From assembly GCA_951406725.2 (NCBI GenBank), contig OX597825.1:35278001-35342000 (forward strand): a DNA stretch of 64,000 bases, written 5' to 3'. Positions 1-12,830 of this stretch are shown here, piece by piece. The DNA comes from Octopus vulgaris (taxonomy: Eukaryota). A program made the position numbers and the translations under genes. The number at the start of each line of letters is the position of its first letter. Within the stretch, counting starts at the first letter, position 1. Below the pieces are notes generated by a model. That model made no database searches. It had not been told where the DNA came from and saw nothing but the letters and a program-made list of their open reading frames with translations.

Positions 1-237
1 ATACTTACATATAATACACAGAAACAGACACATGCACACATCAATTCACATATATACATATGCATAAATATGTAATACAGTGAGAGAACGAGTGAGGTGA
101 GAGAGAGAAGAGGGAGAAAAATGTAATTTTTACTAACACCAAGAAAAGAATATGAAAATATATACTCTCATCCTCATCCCCACCTCACCTGACGGAATTG
201 ATCTTAAAATATAAGAAACTAGAAATCATCAACACAT

Positions 238-292
<55 letters not shown>

Positions 293-439
293 ACACACCG
301 CTTCAGAACAGCCTCCCAAATATATTAGAAACGAACATTTATATAAAAAGAGATTTGCTCACTTCGTTAACATCCTTTGATGTTTTCGAGTAAACCATAT
401 TTTACCAGGTTGCGTTAAATATTACTTTCTAGTTTCACC

Positions 440-655
440 CCATCATACTGGCTGATCAATCAATTTTGCTAGAAATAGCAGCAGAAATTCTACCTCGAAA
501 CACACCTAGCAGTATTAGAGAAGGTGAGAATAGAACATGTTATGGATTCCATTTGCTTTGGAAACAGATGGCATGATTACAGGTTGGAATGATACTTTCG
601 ATTAATGTCCTACAATATTAAAACTGTACTGTGGTCAAACAACAGCAACAACAAT
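440..655 (+). repeat. Interspersed repeat family D (AGAAATAGCAGCCAAAT...GGAATGCCTTTGATCAT...AAACAACAAC), probable retroposon 3' end
   Basis: Related diverged copies at about 6270-6530(-), 7590-7800, 31045-31235, 31770-32150 and 38800-38895; several end in (CAA)n. Confidence 0.5.
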
Positions 656-685
656 AACAGCGCTTCATTCTTATTGCTGTGGATA

Positions 686-888
686 TCTTTATCTTCTTCT
701 TGTTCCACTTATTACACTGCGGACATGCTGGAGCACCACCTTAAATGATTTAGTCCAGCAAATCGACACAGTACTTATTTTTCTCCAAGCCTGTTATTTG
801 TTTTATCGGTCCGTCATTACCGAACCGTTAGGTTACGGAGGACGTAAACAAACCAACACTGGTTGTCAAGAGGTGGTGGGGAACAAAC

Positions 889-946
<58 letters not shown>

Positions 947-1120
947 ACACACGTATATACAACGAGTTTTGTCAGTTGCTGTCTACCAAATCCACTCACA
1001 AAGCCTTGATCGTTCCGAGGCTATAGTAGGAGGTATTTGTCCAAAGTGGCACACAGAAAGACTGAGCCAAGAACTATTTGGTCGAGAAGCAAACTTCTTA
1101 CCACACAGCCACGCCTGCAC
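686..1120 (-). mobile_element. tRNA-derived SINE, family A (octopus-type), diverged full-length copy
   Basis: Reverse complement has a tRNA-like head (GTGGCTGTGTGGTAAG), the GTGAGTGGATTTGGTAGAC core, a central (TG)n tract and a GGTGCTCCAGCATG 3' end; homologous to many other copies in the window. Confidence 0.8.
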
Positions 1121-1435
1121 TTATATGGAGAGAAATATTATCACCATTATAGTTATTGTTATAGTCTTGCAGGCTAGCTGTGATGGAGCAGACCTACCAT
1201 TGCGGATGTTCCTGCTTTGAACATTGCGTTTTTTTACATGGCCACGTCAGCATTTATCCAGTAACTGTCAATATGCTTTGTGGTATTTAGTTTCATCCCA
1301 CATCTCACCTAAGTCCACTTGGCTTATCCTTCCAGGATAGATAAAATAAAATACTAGTTATATACTGGGGTCAGCGTAATTGACTGTCTCCCACTACAAA
1401 CAGGCGACTTTCGTATCCATGCAAGAAATCCTTAT

Positions 1436-1645
1436 CAATGGTGTATGGCAGACTCGGTAAAGCAACAGGCACATGCGCTGCAGTATTTAACATCTCTTTA
1501 CGTTCTGATTTCGAATCCCGTCGAGATCATCTCTGTTTTTCTTCCACCTGGGATCGATAAAATAAGTACCAGTTAAATATTGGGCTTATTTAATCAACTT
1601 ATTCCTCTCCCTAGTTTCTAGTTTTGAGTCTAGCTTAGACATTGT
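1436..1645 (+). mobile_element. tRNA-derived SINE, family B, diverged
   Basis: TACGTTCTGATTTCGAATCCC (B-box) and GATCGATAAAATAAGTACCAGTT, homologous to 35015-35245. Confidence 0.65.
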
Positions 1646-1793
1646 AACTATGATATAATCGTAGTAGTGTTATTCATTGTAAGAGTTAGTAATTCGGGTC
1701 TGAATAGTAGTCGTGTTGCTAGTAGTGATGGTGGTGGTATTAAAGGTAGTAGCAGTAGTAGTTAGTAATTGTAGTAGTAGTAGCAGTAGTAGC

Positions 1794-1840
<47 letters not shown>

Positions 1841-2415
1841 CAGTAGTAGTAGTAGTTAGAGCAAATGTATATGAAACCAGATTCAGTTCAAGCTAATTCA
1901 GGTAAGTTACAGGGAGTAGAAAACCGATTTCAGAATATCCACTTCCCACCGCTGAGTAACTGAAAACGGGGAGTCACAACTCCGAGTTAACAAGCACCTT
2001 ATATGAGATGAGTGTCAAATTTAGTACATGAAAACAGTGCAGAGGCCTGTCGGAAAAAAGAAAGCGTTTGTGTTTTTTGCAAATACAGGGACCAACTTTA
2101 CAATGCACCTGACCAATCTCGGAATGATTGAAATTGCCACTTGGCAGCCCGTTCATTTCTAATTCTATCTTGAAGAAATTTAGAAAACTACAAAAAGTTA
2201 TGAAATCCAGCATTTTGACAGCAACACTCATTTCGTAACACCAATGTTAAGTAAAAACATCGATTTCTTTAAATGTTATACAATCCTACTGGATAACGAT
2301 AAAATATTTTTCTTCTTCCGTGAGTGAAAACCAATAGCAATTTAGAGTGGGTACTGAATTGCGTTCGATAAAATTTTAACTGCTAACGTACATTTACGTA
2401 ATGTTTTTGACAGGT

Positions 2416-2486
<71 letters not shown>

Positions 2487-2609
2487 GTACACGGATTGTC
2501 TTTGTGACAAGAATTTGAGTAAATCGCAGTGACAGGTATACCATTATTGGTATCCTCCTCCTGCTCCTCTTCCTCCTCCTCCACCACCACCGCTACCACC
2601 ACCATCACC

Positions 2610-2800
2610 TCCCCACCACCACACCATGCTTAGCGGCATTTCCTCCATCTTTACACACTGAGTTCAAAATTCCGCCAAGATCAACTTTGTCTGTCAACCG
2701 CACGAAGCTCGATAAAGTAAGTACCAGTTGAACATTAAGGTCGATGTAATCAATTCCCCACCCCTCTTCTAAAATTGCTGTCATTTTGCAAAAATTTGTA
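2610..2800 (+). mobile_element. SINE family B, diverged
   Basis: ATGCTTAGCGGCATTTC...GAGTTCAAAATTCCGCC...GATAAAGTAAGTACCAGTT...GGTCGATGTAATC, followed by an (ATT)n tail. Confidence 0.7.
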
Positions 2801-2803
2801 ACC

Positions 2804-2816
2804 ATTATTATTATTA

Positions 2817-2896
<80 letters not shown>

Positions 2897-2921
2897 GGTG
2901 GTGGTGGTGGTGGTGGTGGTG

Positions 2922-2953
<32 letters not shown>
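2804..2953. repeat. Compound trinucleotide microsatellite (ATT)n(AGT)n(GGT)n(AGT)n
   Basis: Directly visible. Confidence 0.95.
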
Positions 2954-2955
<2 letters not shown>

Positions 2956-3324
2956 AAATAGTATCATTGATGTTGTTGATGTTATTATTTTCGTTATAAT
3001 CGTCATTATTATTATATTGATATTTGGATTCAATTGTATATTTCTCTACCCAGTCGAGACTGTGACTGAAGATTTCCTACTACATACGACATCACAAATG
3101 AGATGTTCTTCAGCACATAACAATCATATTACATCATTTCTTCTTCTGCATTAAACAATTTTCGTTTATGTCGTAGATATTTTTTACAGAAGGTATGGGC
3201 AATCATAATGCTCGCGTCGCTACTGACACATCATTAACAAACCTTCTGGAAAAACAGAATTCAAAAATTTCCCATAGATTACATCATATCATTTAGAAAC
3301 GAGAAAGACACACGTTATAACATA

Positions 3325-3542
3325 TGAGGGGGTGCTGAAAAGTTCCTGGTTTTAAGGGTATCGCAAAAGGCCTGATTGGAGGCCCCACCCTCCGAGTTCT
3401 TTTACAGGGCTTAGAAAAACTGAAGGACCACTGCAAATAAGCATGTGAATCTGAGAGGGAAATATGTTGAATAAAATCATGATTAGCCAATCCTCCTGTA
3501 TTTTCTTTTACCCAACAGCCAGGAACTTTCCAGCACCTCTCG
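3325..3542 (+). mobile_element. Mariner-derived MITE (internal deletion derivative)
   Basis: TIRs TGAGGGGGTGCTGAAAAGTTCCTGG / CCAGGAACTTTCCAGCACCTCTCG flanked by TA; the interior encodes a mariner C-terminal remnant GLEKLKDHC..VNLRGKYVE*. Confidence 0.85.
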
Positions 3543-3551
3543 TATATACGA

Positions 3552-3997
3552 TGCAGTGAGCATCTACCTATTAGGAAATAAGAGCTATGGTCTCAATTCA
3601 ACCGCCAGAAGGCACCAAAAGCATAGAAAATAACAGTATGCAAGGAAATGGACAAAGAATTAAAAAAGCATACCTATAAAGATTATGTTGCTCAGATGCT
3701 TATATACCATGGTATCGGGTTTTGGCCCGAGGGCCTCAAATTTCCTCGGTATGAGTTACTGGGCAAGAAATTCCAGATCCGCTACGTTATAAGTCCATTA
3801 GCGTTCTGGCTAACACCCGAGGTCCTAACACTCGAAACCATGGTATATGAGCATCTGAACTGCATAATCTTTATGGGTATGCTTTTAAATTTTTTGTCCG
3901 TTTCCTCGCATACTGCTATTTTCTATGATTTTGGTGCCTTCTCGCGGTTGAATTGAGACCTTAGCTCTCGTTTCCTAACAGGTAGAGGCTCACTGCA
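3552..3997. mobile_element. Long-TIR MITE / fold-back element
   Basis: About 180-bp imperfect terminal inverted repeats (TGCAGTGAGCATCTACCTATTAGGAAA... / ...TTTCCTAACAGGTAGAGGCTCACTGCA) around an ~80-bp core. Confidence 0.8.
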
Positions 3998-4251
3998 ACC
4001 TTAAAGGTTATGCTAATTTCATATATTATAGCTTACAATGCTATTAAACCTGTGAACCGCCTGCTACTGCTGTTAATATTACCAATTAAAAATATTCGCC
4101 ATAGATGGTATTAACAATAGTGACATCTTATTTTCAATGTAAATATTCGAATGTTTTCGCTCATACACACACACACACACATACACACGAGTGAGTAGAC
4201 AAATGAAAGATGGGAACCCAACAGATTTATTGGGAGTTAAATGTATAGATT

Positions 4252-4389
4252 AAATCAGTTTGATTCAGTCTCCTTGGTACCCTGAGTTTCTAGCGTGTGG
4301 CTAGTCTTCGGCCATTCAAATCCAAATGACCGCAGACTAGCCACATTCTAGAAAATCAGAGTACCAAGCAGTCTAAATCAAACTGTTTT
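4252..4389. repeat. Imperfect 65-bp inverted repeat, 8-nt loop
   Basis: Arms 4252-4316 and 4325-4389, about 10 mismatches by hand count. Confidence 0.9.
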
Positions 4390-4450
4390 GATATATATAT
4401 ATATATATAGGTGAGAAAGTTAGTGTGTGAAAGCACGCGGTTGAATATAT

Positions 4451-4662
4451 AGAAAATAGTAAAAAGTGAAAAAACTACAGAAGGCTTGTTTTAAAATGTT
4501 AAAAAATATATTTGAGTCATTATGTCAGAAGAATGTTATAAATTTTTTTCATACAGTGACTTGAAAATATTTTATAACATTCTTCTGACATAATGACTCA
4601 AATATATTTTTTAACCTTTTAAAACAAGCCTTCTGTAGTTCTTTCACTTTTTACTATTTTCT
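4451..4662. repeat. Near-perfect ~92-bp inverted repeat
   Basis: AGAAAATAGTAAAAAGTGAA...GTTATAAA versus its reverse complement ending ...TTTTTACTATTTTCT, about 2 mismatches. Confidence 0.92.
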
Positions 4663-4755
4663 CTCTGTCTCTCTCTCTATATATATATATGTACGTATGT
4701 ATGTATGTATGTATGTATGTATGTATGTATGTATGTATGTATGTATGTATGTATG

Positions 4756-4799
<44 letters not shown>

Positions 4800-4801
4800 C
4801 G

Positions 4802-5017
4802 GGAGGGGGGGCTGAACAGTTCCTGGGTTCAAGGGTAACGCGAAATGCCTGGTTGGAGACCTAACCTTCTGAGTTATTTTACAAGGCTTAGAAAAACTGA
4901 AGGATCGCAGCAATAAGTGCGTGAATCTGTGAGAGGAATCTATTGGATAAAATCATAATTAACCGACCCTCTTGCATTTTCTTTTACTCAAATTCAGCAG
5001 CTTTTCAGCACTCCTCG
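4802..5017 (+). mobile_element. Second, older copy of the mariner MITE at 3325
   Basis: Collinear homology (GGCTTAGAAAAACTGAAGGA...GTGAATCTG...ATAAAATCAT), decayed TIR ending CTTTTCAGCACTCCTCG then TA. Confidence 0.8.
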
Positions 5018-5176
5018 TAATTCAAGATAAGCAATGACCGACAGTAAGACAAGTTGATCATGGATGCCCTGGGTTTGATCATAGGTCCTTTCAGTCACTA
5101 AATGATAACAACTTGGACATGGGTCAAAAAAAAAAAAAAAAAAGTCACTCGACCTCTTAGAAATATCAACCTCTAT

Positions 5177-5605
5177 TCTTTGATCTTTTATCATTTACTT
5201 GTTTCAGTTACTGGACCGCGGCCATACCGGGGCACCACCTGGTAGGTTTCACTCGAACAAATCGATCCTAGTGCTTACGTTTTTGAAGTCTGATACTTAA
5301 TCTTTCTTTTCTGTTGCCAAACCGTTAAGTGACGACGACATGAACAAACCAACACCTGTTTTCGAACAGTGCAGGGGTCAAACACTGGCGCGCGCGCGCG
5401 CACACACACACAAACACACACACACACACACACACAAACACACATACACACACACAAACACATACACACACACACGCACACACATTCACACATACATGTT
5501 TCTACACAGATACCGTCTCTTGCCCAAAGTGCTGCGCAGTGAGACCAAACTCGAAACCACATGTTTGCAAAGTGGCCTTCTTAACCACGCAGCCTTGCCT
5601 GCGCC
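5177..5605 (-). mobile_element. SINE family A
   Basis: tRNA-like head ends at 5605 (GGCGCAGGCAAGGCTGCGTGGTTAAG on -), (TG)n centre, CTGAAACAAGTAAA tail. Confidence 0.8.
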
Positions 5606-5979
5606 TAAAAACATGCAAATACTCATTGTAGTCCTGGATTCACTCTGTCCGAATAATAAACAAGACCGTCACGAATGAAACAAGTGATTGATCTGGACTG
5701 ACCGGGAAAAGGGATGCAAACGGCATCAATACAAAAGGAAATATTAGAATAAGGTAGTTCTTGATATGCTATTTCTGAAAAAGAGTCAGTGTTGTCACAC
5801 ATGGAACAACTATGAACTGAATCTGCATAAGCAGGAGCGAAAAAGGGCAATAAGGAAGGCTTATCAAATTCTGTCGTCCTAGATGCACAAGTTCAGAATA
5901 AAAGAAAAAAAAACATGTTGGCCATCGCTGGAATTCTATCTATGACAGGTCTACTGGATCAAGGTTAATCTAAAGTATA

Positions 5980-6176
<197 letters not shown>

Positions 6177-6727
6177 AGGATAGTTTCACGATTACAATAC
6201 TCCAATCCAAAGCCTGAAGACAAAAAGAGACCTCTTTAATTAAAAAAAGTTACTTTAATGTGATCAGGTGTTGTTTTGTTCCTTGAAATTCCTAACATGT
6301 TTTTGTCGCTGAAAAGGTGTTCGTGTTGACTAGCCCCAGGACACATTCGACTTAGCAGATCTATGACCAAATGCGATCCAGCCGTGACTCTCCAGCCATT
6401 TGCTTATTCGAACACTACATTATTCAAGGAATCCTTTCAGTTTTATGGTGACATGGTGTGGTTTTATGAACTTTTACTGCTATTTTTTCTCGTAGTTTGA
6501 TCAACCATAAAGATGATAGCTCGCTGGCCCGTAAAGAGGTAATGATAGGTTTATATGGAGAAAATCTAAGATTGCTTATTGATACTCAAATCTTTACTCC
6601 TCATAAAAAAGATGAAAGTTCTATGCTATAGCAGAAATAGTAAGATTCAGTACCACGATATACTACCCAAAACTGCAATACACCACATTAATATACGACA
6701 TTAAACATACACGTAGATAATAATAAC

Positions 6728-6779
<52 letters not shown>

Positions 6780-7008
6780 GAAAATCAATGTCATGACAGT
6801 CAAATCAATTACATTTCCTCTTCATCCCTCTCACTTTCTCTCTTATACACTGAGTGTATGTGTGTGTGTGTGTGTGTGTGTACACATGTACATACAAAAT
6901 GAGATGATATATAATTCCATACATACACATACACTTACACATATAATTTCATACATACATACATGTGCGAGTGTGTGTGTCTACACGCATACGTATACAT
7001 ACCCGGAA

Positions 7009-7052
<44 letters not shown>

Positions 7053-7065
7053 GTGTGTGTGTGTG

Positions 7066-7137
<72 letters not shown>

Positions 7138-7817
7138 ATGAGTGATTGTGTGTGTCTACACGCATATGTATATACTCACGCACATATCGTTATTTAGATC
7201 TTCCATAAAAGTGATTGGAAAATAAAGATAAAATAAAATAAAATATCACCCGAATAGCAACAATAACGACACAATTACTAGTTCTACTATCTCCAACCAC
7301 AACAACAACAACAATGACAACGTCGACAACGACAATAACGGCCAAATCTTCATAATAATAAATAACCCATTAACAACAATGGGATCGCCATCATAACCAA
7401 CAACGACCTTACAATCACCACCACAAACAACAACAACACCACCGTCAACACCACCGCCACTTCCTCTACCATTATCACCACTACCATCACCATCATCATC
7501 GACATCAATATCACTATTACCATCATCATAACAACGAGAAACATAGCAATGTCTATCATTTTTACCATCTCGATCACCATCTAAACAAGCCTTTACGTGG
7601 TCCTGTAGTGTGCTAGAAATAGCGGCCAAATCTTGAAATTTACATCTTTTACAAAGCAAAAAACCGAATGATTTATATAATGCAGTTCCTGATGCAATGT
7701 TTGAAAAGGCATAAGACGTACTGTCCATGTCTAGAACGCCTTTGTTCCTTTTGATCATAATTTTGTTCTGCATCAGGATTCGCCCGGCCTAAAACACAAC
7801 GATGATGATGATGATGG

Positions 7818-7861
<44 letters not shown>

Positions 7862-7864
7862 GTA

Positions 7865-8110
7865 GTCTCTTCTATTGTTGCTGAACAACCTGCACAAACG
7901 ACTTATTTATAGTGATCAAATCCATGTGTTCAATTCTTCTGTCAAATCGGCGTTGCTTGAACACAGTAGTTGGGCGTCGTCGAAATGGTCGCAGAGCAAC
8001 GTGAGATGAAGTGTCTTGCTCAAGAACCCAACGTACTACTCGGTCAAGGAATTGAAACCACGATCTCACGACCGTGAGTGAGACACCATAACCACTAGGT
8101 CATGCATCCG
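7865..8110 (-). mobile_element. tRNA-derived SINE, family C
   Basis: On -: ACCTAGTGGTTA (A-box)...GGTTTCAATTCC (B-box)...GTTCTTGAGCAAGACACTTCATCTCACGTTGCTCTGCGA; homologous to 62860-63123. Confidence 0.75.
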
Positions 8111-8314
8111 TGCACAACAACGGATATAATAACACGACAGCTATGGTGTTGTTATATAGCGCCAACATATAACTACCACTGCTGACACCGACACCATCAG
8201 TAGTAGCTTTGTGACAATTGTTAATTTACTCTTCCGATATTTTTTGCCCAGATAATAATAATAACTTGAATAAACAACAAGAACAAGAACAAGAACAACA
8301 ACAACAACAACAAG

Positions 8315-8354
<40 letters not shown>

Positions 8355-8501
8355 GCAACAATAATAATAATAGTGATTTTTCTTGTTTATTACAAGGGTG
8401 ACGGATAAGGAGAACGTTACGAAGACAGATATTAAGTATGGGAATTTACATAAAATAGAATGAGAATGATACTGATGACGGACGAAGAAACAACAACAAC
8501 A

Positions 8502-8558
<57 letters not shown>

Positions 8559-9218
8559 GATGATGATGATGATGATGACGTTAATGATGATGATGAAGAT
8601 GGTGATGGTAAATAATAATATGAACAATAACAATAATAACAACAATGACAATAACAATAAGAATTATAATCTGATACAAGGCCAAAGAATCTTCAATGAA
8701 AAAATGTGAAAAATCTTTAGAAATTCAAATGATAACTGTAGAAAATAGAAATGATGGAACATCGTAAAGTTGGAATGGAATTGAAGATATGAAATATTTG
8801 AAAATTAATCCAAAAATAAAAAAAAAAAAAAGAAACGAAAGCCAAAGAATATTGTGTCTCCAAACGCTCAGAATATTACAAAATGGCGTCAGGGCTAATG
8901 AAGAAACCACAGTGCTAAAGAAATAAAATAAATAAATAAATCTTGGATAATATTGTCTTAGAAACTGTTGAAAAAATAAAAGAAGAAATGATTACAACTG
9001 AATCTCTTTTGACTGGGGACTAAAAATAAAGTGACGCCGGGCACAAATGCTATAACTATTCGATTGTCTTCGTATACACTACGCTGTTTAAACATACAAA
9101 ATATTAACACATTTTAAAAATATAACATCGAAGATTAAATAGGGGAATCAGTAGATTTCGGTTTTCGTTAGTCGACATAATTAGCTATTCATTCTATCTC
9201 AAAATATGTAGTCACATG

Positions 9219-9277
<59 letters not shown>

Positions 9278-9490
9278 CGGTGAGATTGCGGAATCGTTAA
9301 CTCGCCGGGTTAAATGCTAAGCGGTATCTTGACAGTTTTAACGTTCTGAGTTCCAATTGTGACAAAATCGACTTAGCTTTCATCCTTTCCGATTCGATAA
9401 AATGAGTACCAGTTGAATACTGGGTCCGATATAATCGACTTACTTTTTCCTCCGAAATTGCTGGCCTTGTGCCAAAATTTGAAAGCATTA
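9278..9490 (+). mobile_element. SINE family B
   Basis: GAATCGTTAACTCGCCGGG...ACGTTCTGAGTTC...TTTCATCCTTTC...AGTACCAGTTG. Confidence 0.75.
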
Positions 9491-9889
9491 TTATTGAATC
9501 GAGGAGAAAAGATGTTGTTCACTCCTTTTTTTTTTGTTTTTTAATATTTCAATAACTATCGGTTTATATGCTAAAATGAATGGATTTTGGCGCGAACTTT
9601 ATTCATTGAGAGGTAGGATTATATTTCTGAGAGCGAAAGACTTAAGATACCCAAAACAACGTGTTTTCTCCGTCAGGCATAAAACGTACAACTCCAAAAT
9701 TTCAGTAGTAAAACAGTTTAACAAAAGACATCTAAACAAGATTAAAACCACATTTTCAATTTGCAAAAAATATAGAGGCAGAATAAAAATTCTTTTAATA
9801 CGAATTTTCTTAAATGGGTAGACTAAAAGAGAAAACATAGCATGGCATAAATACTGAACCAAAACAAATATTTCCAGCACTGGAACTTT

Positions 9890-10285
9890 TAACCAAGAAC
9901 TAGAGACGAAGAAAGTAACTTAGCTGTGATTTCGCAAACGACAGAACCTTCAAAGTAATCCCTAGCCGATATGTTGAAAGATAATGATTTCAATCAACCA
10001 ATGAAGAGAGCTTAAAGGAGTGTCTTTCTTAGTTTTTAAGATGGAGCGTGAACTAAAGACCAAATTAGTGTGCTACATAACAGCGCAGATACTCGTACTG
10101 CGATATGTAAGTAATGACAATACAAATATCAGTCAGAACATTAGCTGTGACATCGACCTTTGGCTAGCTGTCGCATTTGTGAGGCAATACTCGAACATAT
10201 TGAGTTTTAAGGTAGGTCACAGATGTTCAGCTACAACAAAAATATATAAATACAGAGGGGACGTAACTTCAATGTTATTGTAGAA
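9890..10285 (+). pseudogene. Possible highly decayed LINE ORF1-like (L1/Tx1-type) remnant
   Basis: Translation ILVLRYVSNDNTNISQNISCDIDLWLAVAFVRQYSNI loosely resembles the RRM-like part of Tx1-type ORF1; recognised by eye only. Confidence 0.3.
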
Positions 10286-11000
10286 ATACAACTAATTTCC
10301 CCTCTAAGAGATTACGCCAATAAAATGGGGTGGTATACAGACCCAACGGAAAAACAGTCGATTTCACACAAAAAGATTCATATAAGCTTCTCTGGAAACT
10401 CTTTTAAAGCACGATATACACAACATACACATTCGTTCACATAAAGGACTAATGCCAACTCCACTTTATTTTTTAAGATATATTTGATAGCAACAGAACA
10501 GTGAAGGAAGCAAACCGACAGTATAATAGAGTATAGCTGCAAAGCTGTTTATAACTGCAATTTATGGCAGTTGAGAAGCGCAAATTATCGACTTTGTAAA
10601 AAATGAAACCATTTTCTTCTTGGTTGAACACACACACACACATACACACACACACACAACCGCACATAACTACACACACTCACACATATAACTGACACAG
10701 GGATATATCTCAAAGATTTCTGTTTAAATTATATATATATATATGTCGACAGACATGCAGATGAAGAGTGGGGGAGAGAGAGAGATAGACACACAGAGGT
10801 AGAGATAAGAACTTGTTGATATTTGTATAGATATTAGAGTTAAAATATACTCAACATATCAGAATATGTCTTTAAGTGTATTAGATATTCACACATCAGA
10901 ATGGCAACGGGATATGATTTATTTTTAAAAAACATAACTAAACAAAACAACAGAAGAAAAGACTAACTAACCACCCCTTCTTATCAAAATTACAACTTCA

Positions 11001-11035
11001 AAATAATAATGATAATAATAATAATGATAATAATG

Positions 11036-11120
<85 letters not shown>
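11001..11120. repeat. (TAA)n microsatellite
   Basis: Directly visible. Confidence 0.95.
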
Positions 11121-12149
11121 GAAGAAGAATATGAATAATAAAAATAATAATAATATGAATATGACTAATGTGAATAACTACTTAGCACAATAACACTGTT
11201 TGTTGTTACTGATTAAATAAGAGGCAGAGGGAAGTAGAGAGTTCGTCAGTCGTGGGAAAACTACTAACATATTGTAAACATTGCGTTTGATCCATAGAAA
11301 ATTGAAATCTAGTTAATTTGTGAAAAAACATTTATCAAAATATTGATACAAATAAGACGATAAATTTATTTTCGAGCGTAGAATCACGTGGTTATCAAAA
11401 TATTGATTTAGAAAACTAAAATTTAGTGGAACTTAGACAAGACACACTGTCCCGAACATTTTCAAGGATGGATATATAATTCATTATTATCTACAATATT
11501 ATTCTGACTGTCACGATGTATGTGCTTGAGTATTACACGTCCATAGCAACCTTAAATTATTGAACAGATTTCGAAAACGAAATATCTTTTAAGATTATAG
11601 AGCAAAGTTAAGAAGCTCTTTATATTTAGGTATCAATACAGAAAAAAGATCATTTATGAAATGTGGAATTTCCTCAGGTTTCATTAGTTGCCATTGACAA
11701 CTGCAGACTTAGAAATGACAACTGCAGATCTCAGAAACTAATGTGTCAGCACACCACCACTCGCAACACTGAAGTCATATGACAAGAAATTGTCCGTTTT
11801 TGGTGCCAGGATCCTAAGACCGAGTATTCACCCTCTGACTCATACCAATAGCGCTTGATCATCTCGGGAGGTGCTATTGTTTGTGGAGTGATGTGACATT
11901 GGTGAAGAAATGGAAGATGGATAAAAGTAGCAAACAGCCAGAAACAGTGAACTAAAATAAGAAAATATTTTCCTTTCCCCACCCACCCACGAAAATGTGT
12001 TCGTTGTATAGTTCCTCGTATAGCCAACGAGAGTTTGAATGATATACAAGAAGACGAAAGGATGATGAAGTGCGGATTAAGGACGAGATGGTCTTCGACT
12101 ATGTGGAATGTGCACATAATATAGACTGCTAATAAGAGCTAATGTTAGA

Positions 12150-12830
12150 TTCTGGAAAAAATTAACGGGGCAGAAATATATCACGAAAATGGTGGTTTTC
12201 AGACTGTCGAATTTACCCTAGAATAGGTAAGGTTGAACGTGATTTTTCTCTGCTTCGCAAAGAAAGTGATAGAATTTCCAATTATCCCGAGAAAAACTGT
12301 TAAAAAAGCCCTATGTGATGTGTGAAAGACAATATTTCAGCTATTGACCGAGGGAGGGTAAATGAGAAAGTATACTTCGTAATCAAATTTGAGGATGAAA
12401 CGAGAAAACAGGTAGAACTAATTCTTAAAAATACCTGTCAGTAAACTGGTGCTACTATACACAAGATGACATCATAGAGCGGTCAAGGTGAGGAACGTTG
12501 GTAGTGGCGTTGATCCCTGATTTATCATTATCTTTATAACATAATAAAGGCATTTAGGGAACATAGAGACGATCATAAACGTCTTGGGCTCGGATAGTAC
12601 CTGCAAAGATGTGTAAATCTGAATGACCCTCGAAGGCCATACAGCTACTACGGAGCTGTATACCACCGTGAGTCAGAAAAGCGTATTCAAGCTAGTATCG
12701 CATAGCAGGAGATCTAGCCGTTACATGAGTGCCTAGAAGACCTGGAAAAGTAGAGAAAATAAGAAAGAAAGCAACAGTACAAGCAGTAATAACAAGAACG
12801 GCTCACAGGAACAACCATTTCCAGAGCACT
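12150..12830 (+). pseudogene. Possible decayed LINE ORF1-like remnant
   Basis: Frame from 12482 reads VKVRNVGSGVDP*FII...FKLVSHSRRSSRYMSA*KTWK, resembling the ORF1 'VxVxNVP..D' and 'V.VEGRRP.C..C' knuckle-proximal motifs; many stops. Confidence 0.35.

Noticed and set aside
1925-2362. Possible DNA-transposon remnant with weak inverted termini
   Set aside because: TIR match too poor and no TSD identified
3648-3956. 102-aa ORF
   Set aside because: Lies within the long-TIR element; no known motif
5640-5960. Purine-rich stretch resembling a decayed LINE ORF
   Set aside because: No diagnostic motif recoverable by eye
8690-9200. Possible decayed polymerase or transposon coding fragment
   Set aside because: Only a vague resemblance; cannot be supported without a search
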